The position numbers and the translations under genes were made by a program. Of a stretch of DNA of 64,000 nucleotides, positions 56,857 through 64,000 are shown piece by piece. The notes beneath the pieces are model-generated. The model had not been told where the DNA came from and did no database searches. It saw only the letters and a list, made by a program, of their open reading frames with translations. The DNA comes from Candidatus Cloacimonadales bacterium (GTDB taxonomy: Bacteria > Cloacimonadota > Cloacimonadia > Cloacimonadales > JAFGVF01): the NCBI GenBank assembly GCA_963662585.1, contig OY759729.1, positions 32,001-96,000 of the forward strand. The letters run 5' to 3'. Each line of letters starts with the position of its first letter. The first letter of the stretch is position 1.

Positions 56857-59493
56857 TTAATCTTTATTTTCGATCTTTTCTTGAATCTCTTGGAGTTTTT
56901 GCCAGGCCTCGAGAGGAGATAAGGTATTTAATTCTAGTACAGCTATCTCTTCAAGAATATCATCACTTTTTTTACTCTTATCATCTAGAAACTCGAAGAT
57001 GGTTATTTGGTCATCCATTGTTCCTAATTGTTTCTTTATTTTTCCTACTAAGCCCTGAGGAGAAAGCTCATGTTCTTCTAAGTTCTTTAGTATTTGTTTA
57101 GCTCTTTTAAGAACAGATTCAGGCATTCCTGCAAGTCTTGCTACCTGTATTCCATAACTTTGGTCAGCACCACCTCTTTCTATTTTCCTAAGAAATATTA
57201 GTTCATTCTTCCATGCTTTTACTACTATATTGTAGTTTTTTACAGAAGGAAGTACATTTTCTAATTCAGTAAGTTCATGATAATGAGTAGCAAAAAGCGT
57301 TTTAGCTCTTTTACTATTATGGATGTACTCCACAATAGACCAAGCTAAACTCAAACCATCAAAGGTAGAAGTACCTCGACCAATCTCATCTAATAAAATT
57401 AGTGAATTAGAAGTTGCAGAGTTCAGGATATTTGCTGTTTCAATCATCTCAACTAAGAAGGTAGATTGACCTTGAGCTAAGTTATCTGAAGCACCAACTC
57501 TGGTAAAAACTTTATCAAATATTGGTAAGATTGCTTTCTTGGCAGGGATAAAAGAACCGATTTGAGACATTACAGCTATTAATCCTATCTGTCTGAGATA
57601 TGTAGATTTACCAGCCATATTAGGACCTGTAATAATAGCAATTTTATTTTCATTACTATCTAGATTGACATCATTAGGAATATAATGTTCATCCTCTAGA
57701 AGTTGTTCTATTACTGGATGACGGCAATCAATAATCTGCATCTCACCATCTTCAGAGAAATCAGGTCTAATATATCTATTTTTATGAGCAGTAAAAGCAA
57801 AGGAGCATAAAACATCAAGCTGGGAAATTACATCAACAAACTGTTGAATAAGCTCGATATGATCCTGCATTTTACTTCTAATATCTAGATAAAGTTCATA
57901 TTCTAAAGATTTGATTCTCTCTTCTGCACCAAGAACTTTTGTCTCATATTCTTTTAATTTAGGAGAAATATATCTCTCACAGTTTACTAAAGTTTGCTTA
58001 CGAATATAATGTTCAGGAATCTTATCTTTATGGGCTTTTGTAACTTCTAAGTAGTAGCCAAACACACGGTTATAGCCAATTTTTAAAGAATTAATTCCAG
58101 TTTGCTCTCGCTCTGAATCTTCTAATTTAGCAATCCAAGCTTTTCCATCTCTGCTTAAGTCTCTAAGGTTATCTAATTCTTCATTGTAGCCATTGTTGAT
58201 AATATTCCCATCTTTGATAGTGATAGGAGGATTATCGATAATTGCTTCATCAAGAGTTTTAGTAATTTCTGAATAATCAACAATATTAGCAGCTATATTA
58301 GTCAAGAGCCTTGAATTAAAATTATTGACATATCCAGCGATTCTGGGTGAAAGACTTAAATAATTTCTTAAAGCTATTAATTCTCTGGGATTAACTTTAA
58401 GAGTTCCGACCTTAGATATAATTCTGCTAATATCACCGATTTCGTTTAGAATATCTCTTAGGGCATTATTATCTTCAATTTTATCTTTAAGTTGTTGAAC
58501 TGATTTTTGGCGTTCTATTATCTCATCTTTATTTAGGAGGGGATGAGTTAACCAGTTGTTTAACAGTCTAGTACCCATAGGAGTTAAAGTATTATCTAAA
58601 ATTGATATTAAAGAACCATATTTATTGCCATAGCGAATAGATTTGGTAAGTTCCAGATTTCTTCTACTAATATCATCTAGGAGCATATAATTTTCAATAG
58701 AATAATAAACCAAACGGTTAATATGCATTAAATCGCTATTCTTTAATTCTTGGAGATAAGCAATGGCTATTCCAGCTGCAATAGCTCCTATTTTCTTTCT
58801 GTTTGCCCCTAAACTTTCTAAAGATTTAGTATGAAAATGTTCTTTTAATTTAATTAGAGCTTCTCCAGCATCATTATGCCAAGAATCAAAAACAGTGATA
58901 GTAGTATCAAAGTCAGATAATAAATGATTGATTTCAGCTTCTATTTTATCATCTTTAACAATTATCTCAGCAGGTGCTAATCTTAGTAGTTCAGCTTTTA
59001 ATTGCGATTTATCTAATTCTGTGAAGACAAAATCACCTGTAGAAATATCAACAGAGGCTAAGCCAATATTGTCTTTTTTACCAAAGTAGATAGTCGTTAA
59101 ATAATTATTTTCAGGTTTATTGATAAAATTACTATCTAATAAAGAGCCAGGAGTAATTATATCTACGATATCTCTTTTAACAATACCTTTGGCTTCTTTA
59201 GGGTCTTCTACCTGCTCACAAATAGCAACTTTCTTACCTGCAGCAACTAATTTATTTAAATAAGTATCAAGGGCATGGTAAGGAAATCCTGCAAGAGCTA
59301 CAGGATCATCGTCACTTTTATTTCTAGCTGTAAGAGTAATACCTAATATTTTAGAAACTAGCTTGGCATCTTCAAAAAAGGTTTCGTAGAAATCCCCCAT
59401 TCTAAAGAGGAGTATCTTATCTGGATGTTGATCTTTAAAACTCCAATACTGCTCTAGCATAGGAGTAGATTTTTTATTTTTAACTTTATTCAT
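56857..59493 (-). CDS. mutS: DNA mismatch repair protein MutS
   Basis: TPMLEQY, FRMGDFYE, TGPNMAGKSTYLRQ, STFLVEM, DEIGRGTST, ATHYHEL, SYGIQVA. Confidence 0.97.
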   Translation of the reverse strand: MNKVKNKKSTPMLEQYWSFKDQHPDKILLFRMGDFYETFFEDAKLVSKILGITLTARNKSDDDPVALAGFPYHALDTYLNKLVAAGKKVAICEQVEDPKEAKGIVKRDIVDIITPGSLLDSNFINKPENNYLTTIYFGKKDNIGLASVDISTGDFVFTELDKSQLKAELLRLAPAEIIVKDDKIEAEINHLLSDFDTTITVFDSWHNDAGEALIKLKEHFHTKSLESLGANRKKIGAIAAGIAIAYLQELKNSDLMHINRLVYYSIENYMLLDDISRRNLELTKSIRYGNKYGSLISILDNTLTPMGTRLLNNWLTHPLLNKDEIIERQKSVQQLKDKIEDNNALRDILNEIGDISRIISKVGTLKVNPRELIALRNYLSLSPRIAGYVNNFNSRLLTNIAANIVDYSEITKTLDEAIIDNPPITIKDGNIINNGYNEELDNLRDLSRDGKAWIAKLEDSEREQTGINSLKIGYNRVFGYYLEVTKAHKDKIPEHYIRKQTLVNCERYISPKLKEYETKVLGAEERIKSLEYELYLDIRSKMQDHIELIQQFVDVISQLDVLCSFAFTAHKNRYIRPDFSEDGEMQIIDCRHPVIEQLLEDEHYIPNDVNLDSNENKIAIITGPNMAGKSTYLRQIGLIAVMSQIGSFIPAKKAILPIFDKVFTRVGASDNLAQGQSTFLVEMIETANILNSATSNSLILLDEIGRGTSTFDGLSLAWSIVEYIHNSKRAKTLFATHYHELTELENVLPSVKNYNIVVKAWKNELIFLRKIERGGADQSYGIQVARLAGMPESVLKRAKQILKNLEEHELSPQGLVGKIKKQLGTMDDQITIFEFLDDKSKKSDDILEEIAVLELNTLSPLEAWQKLQEIQEKIENKD

Positions 59494-60913
59494 TTGCTAC
59501 TAAGAAACAATCTACGCTTTTAGATTTAAAATAAGCAATATCTTTTTTAGCTTGAGCAGCAGTATCATAAGGCTGACTCCAAATCACATAGCTAATTTGA
59601 TCATTTTTAACATCTCTGATGATATTCCAAGTGTGAAGTAAATAGAATAGTTCTTTGGTTCTATTCACGGCAAATTCTTTCCTGGAGAATCTTCCAATCT
59701 GAATAAAATACTTACCAACAGGTTTATTCATTAAATAAACATAACCTTCTGTTTCAATATTTTTGGGTCGAGGAAGAAAAATTCCTTCATCAATCTGATT
59801 TTCTTGGTTTGGATTAACTTTTTCAATAGCTCTATTCTCTTCTTGTTTTTCAGAGATTGGATTCTGATTTAGTCTAGCTTCTTCTTCTTTAACAGGAATC
59901 TCAGCTACTTCTTTATCACTTGTGAGAGTATTTTTAGCAACTTCTGCTCCCGGGATTTCTTCATCAGCATTACCTTGTGGACCAAGCGGTAACTTTTCAT
60001 CAGGTATTAGATTATTATGATTACTACTTTGATTATTGAAAAATTTGCTTAAAATAGTGGTTGTATCTGTTCTTACTAATTCAGTAACATTGAATTCTTT
60101 AGGCTCTGTTTTATAAGCAAGAGGTTTTTTGTTTAACTCTGAATTATAATTCTTAGTGTATAAAAATGAAATATCAATGTTCTGGGCAATGCTTTTTTTC
60201 ATTTCAAAGAGCCGCTCTTCAGTCATTGCTGCATACTGTCCATAGGGATTTATCTCAAAAGATTTCTTATAATTAGCTACTGCAAGATTGATATTATCAA
60301 TTCTTTCATAACTATAGCCAATTCTATAATAAAGGAAATCTTTGTTTATACCCTCAGGTTTATTTCTAAGCAGTTCTTCAGCTAAAACTACAGCTTTCTG
60401 GAAATTATTTTCGCTTATACTATTTTCTATCAGCATATAATAGCTTAGCTCATACTTATGATCTATTTTAGAACAATTCTCTAAAAACATATTAGCATAC
60501 TTAGAGCTTTGCTTATGTTCTTGCTTCATAAAGTAAAGACGAGATAACCAATAATTATATTCATTGAAGTTATTAGTATTTTCTATTTTAGCGAAATAAA
60601 ACTCAGCTTGAGAATATTTCCTTTGAAAGAAATTGATAACTCCTAATTTGAAATTAACTTGATCTTTATATTCTATTTCCGGAAAGCCTTCAATCAACTC
60701 TTGTAAGGTTTGATCAAAGTTCTTACTGGTTACCAAAGATTCATAAAAGGCTGCTCTGGGCAACTCAGTTTCATCAAAGTAAGGTTTTGAATATATCTCT
60801 TCTCTAAGTTCTGTAATATCACCATTATCGTACAAGGCTTGATATTCGATAGCTAATAAATTTGTTATTATTAGCACCATAAATACTATAGTTAAGCTTA
60901 ATAATTTTCTCAT
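59486..60913 (-). CDS. Exported TPR + SPOR domain protein
   Basis: Signal peptide, TPR-like helices, low-complexity linker, C-terminal YFIQIGRFS...A SPOR motif. Confidence 0.72.
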   Translation of the reverse strand: MRKLLSLTIVFMVLIITNLLAIEYQALYDNGDITELREEIYSKPYFDETELPRAAFYESLVTSKNFDQTLQELIEGFPEIEYKDQVNFKLGVINFFQRKYSQAEFYFAKIENTNNFNEYNYWLSRLYFMKQEHKQSSKYANMFLENCSKIDHKYELSYYMLIENSISENNFQKAVVLAEELLRNKPEGINKDFLYYRIGYSYERIDNINLAVANYKKSFEINPYGQYAAMTEERLFEMKKSIAQNIDISFLYTKNYNSELNKKPLAYKTEPKEFNVTELVRTDTTTILSKFFNNQSSNHNNLIPDEKLPLGPQGNADEEIPGAEVAKNTLTSDKEVAEIPVKEEEARLNQNPISEKQEENRAIEKVNPNQENQIDEGIFLPRPKNIETEGYVYLMNKPVGKYFIQIGRFSRKEFAVNRTKELFYLLHTWNIIRDVKNDQISYVIWSQPYDTAAQAKKDIAYFKSKSVDCFLVANE

Positions 60914-62103
60914 ACCCTCTTCCTTACTAATCCATATTCAGGAATTTCTCCCTGTAGTTCAATATAAGCATTAGTATTAGGTTTTGTAAAGGAAATTCTT
61001 TCTTTATCCTCACTATATAAATTATTCACTGTTAAGATAACATCATCTTCAATATTTGGGAATATAATTTCAATCTCATCGCCAACTTCAAACTTATTTA
61101 GAATCTGAATTTTAACTAAATCCCCATCTTTTCCCAGGACTTTTCCAATGTACTTATAATCTCTAATATAGGCGGAGTTATCATAAAATTGAGTATTTTG
61201 ATCATTAAAGCCAGCATAGAAAGCTTCAGTGTAAACTCTATGGGAAACACTGTTAAGTTCTTGTAAAAATCTTTCTGGAATATCTTTACCTGACTTAATT
61301 CTATCAAGAACATTGCGATAAACTCGAGTCACATTACTTACATAATGCACACTCTTCATTCTACCCTCAATTTTTATACTAGCCACACCTGCTTTATAAA
61401 TATCTTCTAATCTGTTAATTAAATTGAGGTCCTTGGAATTCATAATATAAGTTCCAAATTCATCTTCCGTAATTGGGAAGAATTCATTGGGTCTTGTTTC
61501 TTCCATAAGAGAATACTTCCACCTACATGGCTGAGTGCATTCTCCTAGATTAGCACTTCTATTATTAAAGAAAGCAGAAAGCAGGCATCTGCCTGAATAT
61601 GCAATACACATAGCACCATGAACAAACATCTCTAATTCTACTTGAGGAGCTTTTTCTGCAATCTCTGTGATTTCAGCAAAGGTTAACTCTCGAGCTAAAA
61701 TAACTCTCTCAGCACCAAGTTTATGCCAAAATTCAGCTGCTTTCCAAGAAACAATGTTAGCTTGCGTGCTGACATGTATAGCCAGATTAGTATTTTCTTT
61801 AACAAGTTGAAATACTCCTGGATCTGAAACAATAACAGCATCAATTCCTGTTCTTTCCAGATCTTTAAGGTAGTCAGGTAAGTCAACTAAATGCCTGTTA
61901 TGAGCAAATATATTAACAGTTACATAGATTTTCTTATTATGTCTATGACAGAATTCACTAGCTTCCTTAAGTTCTTCTAAAGTTAAATTACCAGCCTTTG
62001 CTCTTAAACCATACCTGGAAGTGGCAGTATAAACAGCATCAGCACCATATAAAATGGCATATTTTAATTTTTCAATATTTCCAGCAGGAGCTAATATTTC
62101 CAT
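60910..62103 (-). CDS. Peptidase U32 family protein (TrhP-like tRNA hydroxylation)
   Basis: EILAPAG, GADAVY, HVSTQAN, LAREL, HGAMCIAYSGRCLLS, GECTQPCRW, KIEGRMK. Confidence 0.88.
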   Translation of the reverse strand: MEILAPAGNIEKLKYAILYGADAVYTATSRYGLRAKAGNLTLEELKEASEFCHRHNKKIYVTVNIFAHNRHLVDLPDYLKDLERTGIDAVIVSDPGVFQLVKENTNLAIHVSTQANIVSWKAAEFWHKLGAERVILARELTFAEITEIAEKAPQVELEMFVHGAMCIAYSGRCLLSAFFNNRSANLGECTQPCRWKYSLMEETRPNEFFPITEDEFGTYIMNSKDLNLINRLEDIYKAGVASIKIEGRMKSVHYVSNVTRVYRNVLDRIKSGKDIPERFLQELNSVSHRVYTEAFYAGFNDQNTQFYDNSAYIRDYKYIGKVLGKDGDLVKIQILNKFEVGDEIEIIFPNIEDDVILTVNNLYSEDKERISFTKPNTNAYIELQGEIPEYGLVRKRV

Positions 62104-63363
62104 CTAATTACTCATTGATTTTAAGAAGTCATCATTACTTTTAGTGGTTAACATTCTCTTACGAAGAGTCTCAATACCTTGAGCAGGACTCATAGTCTTT
62201 AAGAAGTTTCTTAAAATAAACATTCTATTTCTTTCAACTTCAGTAAGAAGTAACTCTTCTCTTCTTGTACCTGATTTAACTAAATCTATAGCTGGATATA
62301 ATCTCATATCACTAATAGATCTATCTAAGACAAGCTCCATATTACCTGTACCTTTAAATTCTTCAAAGATAACTTGGTCCATTCTAGAACCTGTATCAAC
62401 TAGAGCTGTAGAGATGATTGTTAAACTACCTGATTCAACTGTGTCACGAGCTGCACCAAAGAATTTCTTAGGTTTGGTAAGACCATTAGCATCAATACCA
62501 CCACTTAAAACTTTACCAGATGAAGGCTGTACATTGTTATAAGCACGAGCTAGACGAGTTATTGAGTCTAAAACAATAATCACATCCTTACCTAATTCAC
62601 ATAGTCTTTTAGCTTTATTAAGTACCATTTCGGCGACTGCGATATGATTTCGAGGTGATTCATCAAAAGTAGAAGAAACAACTTCCTGATTTCCCTCTTT
62701 TAGAATCTTTTTCATATCAGTAACTTCTTCAGGTCTTTCATCAATAAGCAGAACAAGAAGATAAGCGTCGGCATGATTAGTTAAGATGGCATTTGCAATA
62801 TTTTGAAGAAGAACTGTTTTACCTGTTCTTGGTGAAGCAACTATTAGTCCCCTCTGCCCCATGCCGATAGGAGTAAATAGATCAATAATTCTAGTAGAAA
62901 TAATATCTTTTTCAGTTTCCAAGATTATCTTTTTAGTAGGATAGTAAGGAGTTAAGTTATCAAAATGTTTTGATTCAAAAGCTTTTTGAGGAGATTCATC
63001 ATTCACAGCATCTACTCGGAGTAAAGCGTAATACTTCTCTCCTTCTTTAGGAGAACGAACAGGACCAGATATCATGTGGCCAGGTTTTAAATTGAATCTT
63101 TTAATCTGAGTAAGAGAAACATAAACATCATCTCTTCCAGGTAGGTAATTATTATGTTTGAATCTTAAGAATCCATAACCATCAGGCATTAATTCAAGAC
63201 ATCCTGTAATGAAGGCTAAACCTTCCTGAGATGCATTAAATGTTAAGATGGCGTAGATTAATTCTAATTTTTTCATTGAGCTATAACCTGTAATTCCGAG
63301 TTCTTTAGCAATTGCATGAAGTTCCGGTACTGTTAGGTCAAAGATATTTTCATAAGTGATCAT
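62104..63363 (-). CDS. rho: Transcription termination factor Rho
   Basis: DGYGFLR, PIGMGQRGLIV, IDERPEEVTD, DSITRLARAYN, FEEFKGTGNME, SGTRREELL. Confidence 0.97.
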   Translation of the reverse strand: MITYENIFDLTVPELHAIAKELGITGYSSMKKLELIYAILTFNASQEGLAFITGCLELMPDGYGFLRFKHNNYLPGRDDVYVSLTQIKRFNLKPGHMISGPVRSPKEGEKYYALLRVDAVNDESPQKAFESKHFDNLTPYYPTKKIILETEKDIISTRIIDLFTPIGMGQRGLIVASPRTGKTVLLQNIANAILTNHADAYLLVLLIDERPEEVTDMKKILKEGNQEVVSSTFDESPRNHIAVAEMVLNKAKRLCELGKDVIIVLDSITRLARAYNNVQPSSGKVLSGGIDANGLTKPKKFFGAARDTVESGSLTIISTALVDTGSRMDQVIFEEFKGTGNMELVLDRSISDMRLYPAIDLVKSGTRREELLLTEVERNRMFILRNFLKTMSPAQGIETLRKRMLTTKSNDDFLKSMSN

Positions 63364-63420
63364 GGAAACTCCTAAGTGGATATTTTGGTTGTTAAATTTT
63401 TGATTGATTTCGAAAAAAGG

Positions 63421-63496
<76 letters not shown>

Positions 63497-63842
63497 ACAA
63501 CTATTATGCTTAAAAAAATCAATACCCAAATTGTGTCAACCAATTTTCTGTTTTTTTTACTTATTTATTAAAATTTATTAGTTTTATCAGATTATATGAA
63601 TTACTAAATTCATAACTTTTGTAAGGACATTATACTGATTTTAAATATTTTAGAGAATTTTACCTTATTTACATTATAATTTATTCATAAAAGTCAATCT
63701 GTCAATAAACTTTTCTATATATTAGCTAATATTTTATAGAATCAACTTTTAATTAGTGAATAAATTAATAGTTTTTTTTGCAATTATCTTTAGCTTATCC
63801 CTTGTCCCTCTTAGGGAGCAAAGGAAGAGAATAGAAGAAAAC

Positions 63843-64000
63843 ACTCTGTCTTCAAAGATGCAAGCAAGGCGCGTGCTTTCAACACTAAATCAGGGTGTTT
63901 AAGTGGTCTAGATCTAGATATTTTAAGTCCCATCAAAAGAAGATGGATGTCTACGAAGCAGGCTTGGTGTTGAAGAACTCTTTAAACTCTTAGAGATTCA
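63843..64000. ncRNA. Candidate structured non-coding element (may continue past the window edge)
   Basis: Higher GC than its flanks, no long ORF, nested stems TTCAACACTAA/TTGGTGTTGAA, TAGATAT/ATGTCTA and CCATC/GATGG. Confidence 0.35.

Noticed and set aside
2516..61886. Short antisense or out-of-frame ORFs in the track (e.g. 22322-22726, 33125-33439, 56775-57101, 29506-29703)
   Set aside because: They overlap well-supported genes, lack recognisable motifs, and are expected shadow ORFs.

Overview
AT-rich, gene-dense chromosomal window from an anaerobic diderm bacterium. The gene mix suggests Candidatus Cloacimonadota or similar, but this is inference only. 1-11.1 kb holds a YgeY/HyuA/Xdh/YgeW/MocA/XdhC anaerobic purine-catabolism cluster with two fold-type II PLP enzymes and no recognisable DpaL/YgeX in view. 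11-37 kb (+ strand) carries a Cache-PAS hybrid kinase, PPi-type PFK, tandem ChaN genes (one fused to a degenerate M1 peptidase), psuG coupled to a glycosyltransferase-like/Ppx fusion, patB-dapD-aminotransferase, spoVG-like-hflX, a Vor-type 2-oxoacid:ferredoxin oxidoreductase operon, murI and pyrG. 37-64 kb carries rnr, yicC, a REC/PEP-synthase-like protein, a BirA homologue, methyltransferases, a secreted gluzincin, a REP-associated HUH tyrosine transposase and a tRNA-Lys-rho-U32-SPOR-mutS-surA-like-ansA operon. The most notable observations are four. (1) The BirA homologue has an intact HTH, altered ligase motifs and highly-expressed-type codon usage. (2) The transposase is bracketed by two ~170-bp direct-repeat REPIN cassettes (10 REPs with compensatory changes). 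(3) The purine pathway appears to be a DpaL-less variant. (4) A dispersed CTCAA-N18-TTGAG intergenic hairpin family is present. All calls come from motif recognition by eye; no searches were run.
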